A stretch of 64,000 nucleotides of DNA, taken from contig NC_134036.1 of assembly GCF_964204645.1 (NCBI RefSeq), positions 10,085,859-10,149,858 on the forward strand, in the 5' to 3' direction. The position numbers were made by a program, and so were the translations under genes. Of the stretch, positions 22,931 to 33,545 are shown in pieces (positions within the stretch are counted from its first letter, which is position 1; each line of letters starts with the position of its first letter). The notes below the pieces were generated by a model that was not told the origin of the DNA, did not search any database, and was given only the letters and a program-made list of their open reading frames with translations. Origin of the DNA: Tubulanus polymorphus (lineage: Eukaryota; Animalia; Nemertea).

Positions 22931-23821
22931 TTAAATATAATTACTTTCTAAATCACTTTCATCATCACTCTCCAATTCACTATCAGGCCCTAACAATTTA
23001 TTCAAATGCTCTACCGAATCTACATCAATAATTGGTTTATTGATATACTTATTAGTCATCTCATTTATATCATCAATAGTTGTTTCATTGTTAAACTTAT
23101 TCATCCAATCAAATTTATCATTATTTTCTACTTTATGTTTCATAGAATCTTTATTATCAATATGGCTATCTGTAACTATATCACCATGTGGGTGCCGTAT
23201 GGCACCATTTTCATTATTATCTTTATTAGTGTTTGACCTTAATATTGTATTTACAATGCTTGATTCTAGTATTTTTTTAGCAGCAGATAAATCTAATTCA
23301 TCATTACTAGGTTCCTTAGATAAAAATTCACCTAAAAAATCTTTATATAAATCTTTACCATCTACTTTTTTATTTGAAACAAACTTTGTAACATAATTAA
23401 ATGGGTGTTCTATAAATTCTTTTAAACCAACACGTTCTATTACATTAATAATATGTGAATTTGTATTCATATGATTATTCCAATTTGATGGAGCGTTTGA
23501 AAATTCACCTTTACAATAATCACAATAATTTCTATTTTTACTAACATCTAATATTATTTTATTATTAGATGTAGTAGGTATTATATTATTAGAAGTAGTA
23601 GGTATTACTGTAGTAGGTATTACATTATTATCAATTACATTACTTAAATTATCAAAAACTTCACTTTTATTATTATCGATTTCTATTAGTTTAGTTTTAT
23701 AAATTTTGAAAATAGGATCAAATATCAAAGCTATATTACAAGGTATTACATAATATAAACCATCATTATTTTCATGTGTATCGATGTATGGAATATGTTT
23801 ATATACTTTACCTCCTTCCAT
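22931..23821 (-). CDS. Variable-slot zinc-finger protein (296 aa)
   Basis: CDYC...HMNTNSH zinc finger. Occupies the same slot as 59835-60866 but shares only the MEGG start. Confidence 0.7.
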   Translation of the reverse strand: MEGGKVYKHIPYIDTHENNDGLYYVIPCNIALIFDPIFKIYKTKLIEIDNNKSEVFDNLSNVIDNNVIPTTVIPTTSNNIIPTTSNNKIILDVSKNRNYCDYCKGEFSNAPSNWNNHMNTNSHIINVIERVGLKEFIEHPFNYVTKFVSNKKVDGKDLYKDFLGEFLSKEPSNDELDLSAAKKILESSIVNTILRSNTNKDNNENGAIRHPHGDIVTDSHIDNKDSMKHKVENNDKFDWMNKFNNETTIDDINEMTNKYINKPIIDVDSVEHLNKLLGPDSELESDDESDLESNYI

Positions 23822-23853
23822 TTATTATATATATTTTTATTAAAGTTAAAATT

Positions 23854-25100
23854 TTAATACATAACACTATCTAATTGAGAATTTACAATATTTAATTGTG
23901 CGTCAGATATAATATAAATGTGCATTTTAAAATTTTTGATTCCTTTATTCTTTGTCATGAATAATTGTATTCCATCTTTAGTGTTTTGTAGTTTTTTTCC
24001 AGAACCATGTAATGAATTATCCTCTGTTGTTCTAAAATCTAACCATAATGCATATCTATTACCGGTATAATAATCAATTTGATTAATGTTACAATTTTCA
24101 AATGATTTTACTTTTTCATTCATAAAATGTTTTCTAATTTCTGGCCATTGATCAATCATTCTCATTCCTTGACAAAATATTTTATTTGCTATTCCTTCGA
24201 TAGTTATTTCTACTTTTGTTATTTCAGGATTATAATAATTATCAACATTTATTGCGCCATTAGTTTATGTTGCAATGGTAAAAAATATTAATATACCTTT
24301 AATAGATCTTCTTGGGAAGTTAATATTCTCATTAATAATTTCATCATTTGCATTAATAGTTACGGTTTTAAATTTATCAATATAATCATACAATAATGAA
24401 AATCCTTGATTGTATTTAGTTTGAATTATACTTGAAATATTTTCATCAGTTACTGTGTCATATTCTAAACATATATTCGATAATTTATAACTCATATCTT
24501 TAACAACGCTAGATAATACAATTTCATTTACAGGAGCAAAAGTTATCTCAAATATAATATCTTCTTGAATTGCCTATTTATATAAAGGTGCATTATTATT
24601 TATCAATTCAAAGTCTAATGGAATTTTATATTTGCTTCCATATATACTTTTTATCAATTTATCTACAGCGTTAGTTAATATTGCGCTATTAGCTTCTGAT
24701 CTTGATTTATTTTGGTTTTCTGATTGGATGCCTTGAAATATCATATTATTTCTATTTTCTTTAGTTAACCATAAATCTTTATAATGCATAAATAAATTAT
24801 AATCATCTAATGAGAAAACTGTTCAAGACCAATCTTTATTGTTAACTTTTTAATCAAATATCTTCCAACATTATCAACAACATAATTATTATTATTACCG
24901 ATTACTTTTATATCGGCTGATAAATAAATACTATTTGGAACATAAAAAGTATTTTGTGTTAATCTCGGAATTCTAACATATAAAGTTTCATCGGGATTAA
25001 TATTAGAAGGGTTATGAGTAATTATATGATGTGATCTTTCTGCTTTAATAGCATTAGATATTCTATGATTCTTAGAAGGATTGATATAACTCCCACTCAT
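23854..25100 (-). pseudogene. Major capsid protein, fragmented
   Basis: Four ORF fragments colinear with 58555-59802. Confidence 0.85.
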
Positions 25101-25112
25101 TTTTTATCATGG

Positions 25113-26521
25113 TTACTTGATATTTTTTGATATCATATTTACTAACCGAAAAATAATAGCACTTACAACGGTGATTAAAAATAAAATAATATGTTCAGCA
25201 GCAAAGTTAATAATGTTTCCTGCAGATTTCAATATAAAACCTACAATTGATGCGATAACTCCTGGCAATGCTGCAGCAGATTTTTTAGATAGTTCCCATA
25301 AATATTTGCTAATTTCTTTAAACCATCTTTAACTTTATCTTGTATAGAATTATTACTCGGTGGTTTATCCGGTTTATTGGGAGTGGGAGTAGGAGTAGAT
25401 TTCAAAGCATTTGATATAGCTAAACCAATTGTTGTAAATAACATAGTTACAGCTGTTAGAATTGAAAGAATTGTTATTCCTTCTAACTTAAATAATAATC
25501 TTATTCTGTCTTTTAATGATATTTCAGAATTTGGTTTAATCAACAAATCTTTAAAAATAACTTTTAATCTATTAATATTATAATCATATGATTTTAATGA
25601 TAATTTAATTTCTTCTTTTTGTACTTCTAAATTATCTTTTAAATTATTAATTTCTTTTTCTAAACGTAATTCTTTTTGCCTATATTCTATTTCATCAATT
25701 ACTTGACGATCTAAATCAGACTTTAATTGTTCTATTTCTTTATTTTTATCAGTTAATTCTTTTTCTAAAGTTCTAATTTTTTGATCTCTTATACTTTTAT
25801 TATGTGCAATTTTATCAGCTTCATTTTTATACTAATAATTTCTCTAATTGCTTCATCAGAAAATATATTTAAATCTTCTAATTGTTGATCTGTTGCATCA
25901 AGTAATCCATTCGGTAAAGGTTTTTCAGTTTGAACTTTATTTGATTTAAGTTTACTAGTTTTGGAATTAATAACTTCTTTAGTAATTGTTTCTGGTTCTA
26001 AATTTTCATTAATTATATTAAAAAATTTAGCATATATTTGTTTAAATTCTTTTAAATTATCAGATCTTTCTTTTTCTGTAACATCAGTTATAACATCATT
26101 ATTGATTTTCTTAATTCTAGATTGTTCTAATAAATTAGCAGTTGATTGTATTATTATTTTATCGCTACTTGATTTGAAATCTTAAAATAATAGTCGCCTT
26201 TCAATTTCCAATAATAAGCACCATTTAAATATTTTAAATCTTTTACTAAATAATTCATACCTTTATTTGTTATATTGAAACCAGATCTTTTTAATATTGG
26301 TTTAAATTCATGAATAATTTCATTATAATTGTATTCTTTTTCTGTTATTTCTGGTACTTCATTTTCAATACTTATCTTTGAACGTGTTTTTGAATATTAT
26401 ATGCTGATTCATCATCATTATCAATATTAGTTTCATTTAAATCAGGTTGTGGTTCATCACTTATACCGGGTTCATCACCAAAAGGACCCAATGGAATATC
26501 TTCTCCACCTTCTACATCCAT
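25113..26521 (-). pseudogene. Coiled-coil protein with C-terminal hydrophobic helices, fragmented
   Basis: MDVEGGED start and GITILSILTAVTMLFTTIGLAIS segment shared with 56939-58500. Confidence 0.75.
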
Positions 26522-26537
26522 TTACATAATAAAAAAA

Positions 26538-27863
26538 TTAAAATTTAAAATATAAAATTCCTCCGATTACAATTCCTATACAAGTTATAGCTAATTTAGT
26601 ATTTTCATGGGATTTATTATCATTATCAGTTTTAATTATATCATGTTGAATAATATCAGTTTTTATATCTTCTGATGTATTATAATCTTTTATTTTAGAA
26701 TCATTATTTAATTTAATATTCTTAGCTTTAGTTTCAGTTGATTGAATATGTTTTTTATTTTTTTCACCTTCCATTAATTTTGGAGCAGTAATAATCTTTT
26801 TATTTATATCATTCAATCCAAATGAATTATTTATTGTTGCAGTTTTAATTAGATTATTATAACCAATTATGTTTCCCATCTTTAATACTAAATCATTAGA
26901 AATAATTAATAGATTAGGGCCTATACAATAATTAAGCCTTACATGAGATTTATCTAAATAATTTTGATATCTTATAATGTTTTCTGGAATAGATCTATTT
27001 TTATCATTATGAATTGAATCTTCAAATAATACTTTGAATTGTTTCTGCGCATCGAATGAAGTGTTATCATTTCCAATTATTGGTGATCTTGTTTCAACTT
27101 GCGCACCTAAAATACATATCAAATAAGTTCTAATAGATTGATTTATTCTTTGTATTCCAGCTTTAGTAAAACCTTCACTATTTTCTAAAATGAAATTAAC
27201 CCAACCATCATTATTTTGTTGTTGTATATTATTATAATATTTTGGTAATTCATTCCAATTTAGTGTTTTTATATCTGAATTTGTCATTATTTTTCCAAAT
27301 TATTTAGTATATAATATTCCTAATCCACCCATTGTTCCAATTTTTGCTCTAAAATCTTTATTTGAATTAATATTAAATTCATTACATATTTTATAAAACT
27401 TAGAAAAATTAATATTATTATTCAATTCTTTGAAATATTTTGAACCTGGTAAAGGACATTCTAATTCATCTAATATTAATTTTATTTGAAAGTAAGTATG
27501 AAATCTAAAAAGTGATAACATCAATGGTAAACTTGGTTTGTTTAAATGATCATTCCAACTAATTCCACATCCTGTTGTTGCACAATAAACAGCAAAATTT
27601 AATTGGTTCTGCCAATACTTCATATTAGATTTTAATAACCATTGTTTTGCCTCATTTAAATTTTTGAAATTAATTGTATACACATGAAATATATTTTCCA
27701 TCTTTACATGAAAATTATTACTTTCAGTAACATAAATATATAAATCAATTAATGAATTTAAAACTTCATTTCTATATGTTATATCTTTATTAAAATCTAT
27801 TGCTGGAATATTATATTTAATTGATTTATTACATTGGAAAGCTTTTGGAATACTATCTACCAT
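26538..27863 (-). pseudogene. C-terminally anchored protein (homolog of 55534-56922), one in-frame stop
   Basis: ORFs 27300-27863 and 26538-27287 share a frame; WQNQLNFAVYCATTGCG motif and C-terminal TM segment. Confidence 0.8.
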
Positions 27864-27879
27864 TTATATAATTAAAAAA

Positions 27880-28314
27880 TTAATAATTTATTAATTCTTT
27901 TAATAATTTATCTTGTTCTTCAACCGTTATATGGCCATTTAAACTTATTATATAATCTAGTGTGTTCTTTAATTTATTAATTTCTTTTATATTAGTTTTA
28001 ATTTTTTCTTTATTACTTTTTATATTTAATTTTGAACTTATACCGGTTAAAACAAATGAACTTAATCCTAACACACCAATTGATATAGCTAAAGGTGTTA
28101 ATGGACTGAATATTGCTAGAAATGTTATTACAGAACTAATTGTAACCGAACCACTTATAATCAAATAATATATAATTTTAGAATTTAGATATTTTTTCTT
28201 TTTTATCTTTAAGTCACTTTCAAATTCTAATATTTGTTTTTCTAAATATGTTTTTAATTTAGTTTTATTTATATCATGAGGAATGATATCAATACTATCA
28301 ACTTTATTTTCCAT
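27880..28314 (-). CDS. Two-TM membrane protein (144 aa)
   Basis: Hydrophobic hairpin IIYYLIISGSVTISSVITFLAIF-SPLTP-LAISIGVLGLSSFVLTGI; homolog at 55083. Confidence 0.8.
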   Translation of the reverse strand: MENKVDSIDIIPHDINKTKLKTYLEKQILEFESDLKIKKKKYLNSKIIYYLIISGSVTISSVITFLAIFSPLTPLAISIGVLGLSSFVLTGISSKLNIKSNKEKIKTNIKEINKLKNTLDYIISLNGHITVEEQDKLLKELINY

Positions 28315-28333
28315 TTATTTAGAATAAAAATTA

Positions 28334-28756
28334 CTAATTAGTAAATTTATAAGCAACAAATATAACAATAACTGTTCCACCTAAAATCCAAATTATTTCA
28401 TATTTCTGTTGTCCTTTACTTGGGGTATAATAATCTGATAATTTAGGTTTGTATAGATGTAATTTTTCTTTATTGGTTACCGCGTTATATAAACTCATAG
28501 CTTCATCAACTGATTGAAAATCTCTATGTGAAGTCTTCTGATCATATAATTCTTTGTTAATATAATCCATATAGTTTTGCCTCTTTTCTCTATATTCTTC
28601 TGCTGCTTTATTATATTTCTCTAATGCTAAGTTATGTCTTCTTTGTTCTCCTAATGAACTATTTTTATCAATATGCTTAAATAAATATCCACCTCCAGTA
28701 AATGCTAAAGCGTTAACACTTGCCGATCCTATAATAGTTATAATTGCAGAAGCCAT
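28334..28756 (-). CDS. Membrane protein (140 aa)
   Basis: Hydrophobic N-terminus, coiled coil (EQRRHNLALEKY) and C-terminal TM; homolog at 54640. Confidence 0.8.
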   Translation of the reverse strand: MASAIITIIGSASVNALAFTGGGYLFKHIDKNSSLGEQRRHNLALEKYNKAAEEYREKRQNYMDYINKELYDQKTSHRDFQSVDEAMSLYNAVTNKEKLHLYKPKLSDYYTPSKGQQKYEIIWILGGTVIVIFVAYKFTN

Positions 28757-28780
28757 TTATTTAGTTAAAAAATTATGCAT

Positions 28781-29002
28781 TTATATGGGAGGAATACATT
28801 TTTGTTTTTCCAAATAATCAATTGTTAAATTAGATAAAGTAACTGCTAATGTTAATTTTAAAATATCATTTATATCAAATCTATCAACATTAACACTTCC
28901 CATTTTGAATACTTTTTTTAATACCATTGAATAACCAACTGTTCCAACTGATAGTAATGCACCATTATATAATCCAGTTATTATCCACTTATTATCACTC
29001 AT
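28781..29002 (-). CDS. Small hydrophobic protein (73 aa)
   Basis: 72 of 73 residues identical to 54394-54615. Confidence 0.8.
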   Translation of the reverse strand: MSDNKWIITGLYNGALLSVGTVGYSMVLKKVFKMGSVNVDRFDINDILKLTLAVTLSNLTIDYLEKQKCIPPI

Positions 29003-29359
29003 TTATTTATCAAAAAAATTACTATCATCAAAATATTTAGTTATCTTATTTATGATTATTTCAACATTTATTTCATTACTAGTTTCATTTGTATATATTT
29101 CAATTATTATTTTTTTAATATCATCGATGATAAAATCTTCATCTAATTCATAAAATCTTAAAGATTCTCTAATTAAATTAGTAATCTTTTCTACATTTAA
29201 AGTTTCTTTATCTATTGTTTTTTCAAACTCAAATGTTGTTTCATTAGAAAATGTGATATTTTTGATATGTGTAATTACATCATTAACGTTAAATTTCATT
29301 TCTTTCTCAAGTTTAAAATCAAACCCAAAACATATACTCGGCCCAACAGTTATATTCAT
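29003..29359 (-). CDS. Hypothetical protein (118 aa)
   Basis: Homolog of 54052-54393 with conserved ends and a divergent middle. Confidence 0.75.
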   Translation of the reverse strand: MNITVGPSICFGFDFKLEKEMKFNVNDVITHIKNITFSNETTFEFEKTIDKETLNVEKITNLIRESLRFYELDEDFIIDDIKKIIIEIYTNETSNEINVEIIINKITKYFDDSNFFDK

Positions 29360-29483
29360 TTATATAGTGAAAAAAAATAAAAATAAATTGGTTGAAAATT
29401 ATATGAATAATATTTATTTTAAAAAAGGGGGTTTTAAGTATTAAATACATTAATACGTATTAGATAGATAGATATACAAATAG

Positions 29484-30095
29484 TTATTTTATAAATTTAT
29501 ATTCATATGGAAATCGTAATCTCAGTAATAATTTTGAACCTTTATTATTCTTTAATTTATTCATATATTCATCATGTAATTCAGTAGGTATAATTTGATT
29601 TTCTTCCAATGATTGTTGCATAGATTTTTTATCTTTGTTATAAAATAAAACTAGAAATCTTATATTCTCCCTAAAGTCTTTAACAATTGAATTATATTTT
29701 TGATTTAAAACCCATGTTGTTATCCCAAAATGTCTCCCAGAGAAAGCCAAATAACATAACTCACTTTCTCTAACTTTTGAATCATGTAAATTTGCGCAAT
29801 CATCTATAATGAATAATGTATTTGATCCTTTATAAGTATCAATTGCTATTTTAATACAATTATCTAAATTTTCTTTTACTGTTTTAGGATTAAATATAAT
29901 AAACTTTTTCATCTTAACTATATCTCTATTATATGTTTTATTCATTTCATAAGTAGGGCAGAATAATATTATATTATCAAAATGATTCTTATAAATAGTT
30001 TCTAACAAGTCTAATATGAAATGTGTTTTACCACAATTGGTTACTCCAGTTATTAACATATTATGCGGTTCAAATATAAATAAATCTTTATTCAT
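29484..30095 (-). CDS. A32/FtsK-like packaging ATPase
   Basis: GVTNCGKT Walker A, FIIDD Walker B and GRHFGI motifs. Confidence 0.93.
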   Translation of the reverse strand: MNKDLFIFEPHNMLITGVTNCGKTHFILDLLETIYKNHFDNIILFCPTYEMNKTYNRDIVKMKKFIIFNPKTVKENLDNCIKIAIDTYKGSNTLFIIDDCANLHDSKVRESELCYLAFSGRHFGITTWVLNQKYNSIVKDFRENIRFLVLFYNKDKKSMQQSLEENQIIPTELHDEYMNKLKNNKGSKLLLRLRFPYEYKFIK

Positions 30096-31179
30096 TTATT
30101 CTTTTAATTTTACTAGATAAAATCCATTCATTAAATTTATCATCGTATCCTTTATATTTCACCAAAGAATACTTTTTTCCTTTAAGAGTTTTTGTTTTCA
30201 ATACTTTTTCTATTTTGTATTCTATTTCATCTGGATTTGGTACAAGTGATAATTCTTGTTCATAGAAATAACCTAATATTTCTTCATCTTTTAGATCTTC
30301 TAATTTATAAACAAAAGGTTTAGTTAATATTATCTTTTTAATCTTGAATATTTCTTCTGTAAAATTTGGGGTATAACCTTTATAAAATGTTTTTCGATAT
30401 TTAGATATTCTTACGTGTTGTCCTATTTTAAATTTAGGTTCACCGAAATCGTGTGTAACAAACGCTCCATATAAATTATTCCAAACTATTTCCGAATTAT
30501 CTTCTTTTCTAGCTTGTATAGGTTTCATATTTATAGAACTATGTTTAGAATTATTATAACCTTTCACTAAATCATCTAATACATCTATATATGTATATGT
30601 TTCATTAGCAGTAAAATATTTCCACATTCTAGTTTTCAATGTTTTATTAAATCTTTCTATAATAGATGCCTTTTTATCTGAATGTGTTGAAAAATAATCT
30701 ACATCGTTATCAGATAATAGTTTTTTAAAATGTTTGTTATAAAATTCCTTACCTTCATCAAATTGTATCTTATCTGGAATAGCTTCTTTAAATATTGATT
30801 TAAAAGCATTTGTCACTTCTATACCAGTTTTATTTTTGATTGGAATTGACCACGCGTATCGACTGAATATGTCTATAACATTCAGTATCCAGAAATATCC
30901 TTTGTTGTATTCCTCTAAGTTCTTCATATCAATTAAATCAAATTGCCATTGTTGATCGATATATGAAACCATAACTTTTCTTGTTAAATAAGTTTTATCC
31001 ATTTTCTTGTGGATTTGATATGTTGGTTGATTTTGTAACCATAATCTTAATTCACTATATTTTATATCACCATTTTCATTATCAGATTTAATTTTATTCC
31101 ATAATTCTGAAACGTTAGAATATGATACTTCACTTTCTGGGTTATAATATAAATCTCTTAAATATTGTTCTTTTTTCAT
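30088..31179 (-). CDS. int: rve integrase with chromodomain
   Basis: QWQFDLIDM, IDIFSRYAW, QFDEGKEF, IERFNKTLK and LVKYKGYDDKFNEW motifs. Confidence 0.95.
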   Translation of the reverse strand: MKKEQYLRDLYYNPESEVSYSNVSELWNKIKSDNENGDIKYSELRLWLQNQPTYQIHKKMDKTYLTRKVMVSYIDQQWQFDLIDMKNLEEYNKGYFWILNVIDIFSRYAWSIPIKNKTGIEVTNAFKSIFKEAIPDKIQFDEGKEFYNKHFKKLLSDNDVDYFSTHSDKKASIIERFNKTLKTRMWKYFTANETYTYIDVLDDLVKGYNNSKHSSINMKPIQARKEDNSEIVWNNLYGAFVTHDFGEPKFKIGQHVRISKYRKTFYKGYTPNFTEEIFKIKKIILTKPFVYKLEDLKDEEILGYFYEQELSLVPNPDEIEYKIEKVLKTKTLKGKKYSLVKYKGYDDKFNEWILSSKIKRINE

Positions 31180-31185
31180 CTTATT

Positions 31186-31557
31186 TTAATCCATTAATAA
31201 TAATTTAGATTTAGTTTCAATGGCTTTATGATTTGACTTATTTTCTGGTATAATATGTTTCCGATTGTCATTGGAAACATATTTATCATCAGATTTGAAC
31301 TTTGATTTATATATTACACCGGATAATATAATAACTGTTACTAATCCAATTGTAATATATAATTTATAATTACTTCCAGCATTAGAAGAATCAGATGGAT
31401 TATTATTTGAATCAATATCAGATAAAGTCTGTGATTCATTTATATCAGTTAATTTCTTTTTCTTAACTTTTTTAAATTCTGAAGATCTTTTACCTAATTC
31501 TCTTGCCCATATAATTTGTTTCTCGGATCTAGCCTTTTTCTTAACTCCATCACTCAT
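31186..31557 (-). CDS. Basic single-TM protein (123 aa)
   Basis: Lys-rich N-terminus and LYITIGLVTVIILSGVIY TM segment; homolog at 62963. Confidence 0.8.
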   Translation of the reverse strand: MSDGVKKKARSEKQIIWARELGKRSSEFKKVKKKKLTDINESQTLSDIDSNNNPSDSSNAGSNYKLYITIGLVTVIILSGVIYKSKFKSDDKYVSNDNRKHIIPENKSNHKAIETKSKLLLMD

Positions 31558-32152
31558 TTATTTTAGTTAATTTTTGTTCTGATTCATTTTCTGTTTCGAC
31601 GTTTGGTTGTAGTACATCTGTTTCGTTCTTACCTGATTTATATTCCATAGGTTTGATGTTCGAAAATGGTATGACGCCAGTAGAATTTAATGTCATAACC
31701 GATCCTAATTGAAATGAAGCATAACCAACCCATTTTTGTAATTCAGTCATAACTAAATAGTCATTTTTCAAATCACTATATAATTTATTTTCATCATCAA
31801 TTGGTATTAACTGGTTACATAACTTAGAATAACATTTGACAATACCATTCGAAATAGAATCATTTATTTTAGATAATCTTGCCTCTTCATAAATCTTAAA
31901 ATATTTTATTACTTTATCTGGTTTCATAGAGTCTAGTTCTTGAAAAGTAATGATTCTATTTAAAAACTCCTTAGTTTTTCCACCGGCAATCAATAATTCA
32001 AGATGATGCTTACAATATAAATAGTATTCATAATCTATATTGTTATTAACTTGAATAGAATTAGAAACAACTGTATCTTTATTATCACTTATACCCAAAT
32101 CATCTAATGTCTTTTCAATATCAATACTATTCTTATTAGATTTCTTTGACAT
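31550..32152 (-). CDS. Hypothetical protein (200 aa)
   Basis: Highly similar to 63351-63953. Confidence 0.8.
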   Translation of the reverse strand: MSKKSNKNSIDIEKTLDDLGISDNKDTVVSNSIQVNNNIDYEYYLYCKHHLELLIAGGKTKEFLNRIITFQELDSMKPDKVIKYFKIYEEARLSKINDSISNGIVKCYSKLCNQLIPIDDENKLYSDLKNDYLVMTELQKWVGYASFQLGSVMTLNSTGVIPFSNIKPMEYKSGKNETDVLQPNVETENESEQKLTKINE

Positions 32153-32229
32153 TTATATTAGAGGAAACAAGCAAAAAAAAATATTATAAGTATTATAAAA
32201 TGATACTAGCTAGTTAAAGCTAAAGAATT

Positions 32230-32324
32230 CTAGTATTAGTTATTGTTTTTTTAGTATTTTTTATTTGTGATATAAAGTATTCTTTTTGAAAAGAAAGTAT
32301 TAAAAAAACAATAACTAATACTAG
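32230..32324. repeat. AT-rich hairpin (~33-bp arms)
   Basis: CTAGTATTAGTTATTGTTTTTTTA ... TAAAAAAACAATAACTAATACTAG. Confidence 0.85.
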
Positions 32325-32430
32325 CTTGTTGAAGATATGTAATTTTTAATATATTTTATTTGAATTCTATTTGATATCTCACTACTTTTGTTTATCTATT
32401 AGGAGCAGTAGTTATAACTGTCCAGATAAG

Positions 32431-33105
32431 TCATTTCGGATCCTTGATATCAAATTCCTCAACATATTGTTCATTATTTGGATTATTGTTCCATAATTCA
32501 ACAAATGTCTTTGCTTTATCCAGTTGATCTAAATATAATTTCATATCTAGTTTATTAGATTTAATTATGTTTTCCTTCTTTTCTAAAGGTCTTAAATTTT
32601 TCCAACCCCAAATAAGTTTTTTATTGTATTCATCATTCACGTTAAATTTAGATATTGGTAACACGTGATCAATATGGTAATAATCCCCATAATTATCTAT
32701 ATTCATTTTATCATCGAATTGAAATATAATCCATGATTTGAGAAATTCATCTATACAACCCAACAAATTAGATTGTGTTTCTGAATGTGTTTCTTTGTTG
32801 AATAATTGTGTTAATCTAGACCTTAAGCATTGTTTCAATCTAAAATTAAGATCTGTTTGATATCTTCCTCTCATATATTCTGTCATATAATAATTATAAT
32901 GTTCTATATTATCTTCTCGATATTGTTTGGTATATAGTTTAGTACAAGTTTTACAACAATATTGAAAACCATCTTTGCTAATCTTACGCTTACTAAATTC
33001 TGTTAATGATTTATCTAATTCACACTTAGAACACTTCTTGTAGTATATGTTTATAACACCAGTGTTATTTGTAATATTGATAGTTTGTGGTTGTTCTGGT
33101 TCCAT
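32431..33105 (-). CDS. HNH endonuclease of the type common in large DNA viruses
   Basis: KKCSKC...CKTC zinc module, LRSRL, MNIDNYG.YYHIDHVLP and NLRPL...EN..KSNK. Confidence 0.85.
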   Translation of the reverse strand: MEPEQPQTINITNNTGVINIYYKKCSKCELDKSLTEFSKRKISKDGFQYCCKTCTKLYTKQYREDNIEHYNYYMTEYMRGRYQTDLNFRLKQCLRSRLTQLFNKETHSETQSNLLGCIDEFLKSWIIFQFDDKMNIDNYGDYYHIDHVLPISKFNVNDEYNKKLIWGWKNLRPLEKKENIIKSNKLDMKLYLDQLDKAKTFVELWNNNPNNEQYVEEFDIKDPK

Positions 33106-33239
33106 TTATTATACGTATTTTTTTACTAAATTGGTTAATATTTTAGAATCCTCTTCCATTTTTTCAACCAACGTCATCCTTTTTTCATTCTTCGTTGCTT
33201 TTGATAAGTTGTTTCGATTCCTTGATATCTAAATCATAC

Positions 33240-33545
33240 CGCGTCACATGCGGACATACAGGAGCGTTTTTGCTTAATGCGCATGCGTTAATCATAATTA
33301 TATATTCATTCTATAAATTCTGTAAAATAGAAACAACACATGCGTTACATGTGTCACATGCGGCCATTTATGACCGGTTTTGCTTAATGCGCATGCGCTA
33401 ATCCTAATTATATATTCATTCTGTAAAATAGAAACAACTGAACATAGAAAATTCAAACGCGTTCATGTCTGCGTCACATGCGTTACATGTGTCACATGCG
33501 GCCATTTATGACCGGTTTTGCTTAATGCGCATGCGCGAATCATAA
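33240..33545. repeat. Three imperfect tandem units containing GTCACATGCGG...TTTTGCTTAATGCGCATGCG
   Basis: Motif recurs at ~33241, ~33352 and ~33490; GC-richer than the rest of element B. Confidence 0.85.
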
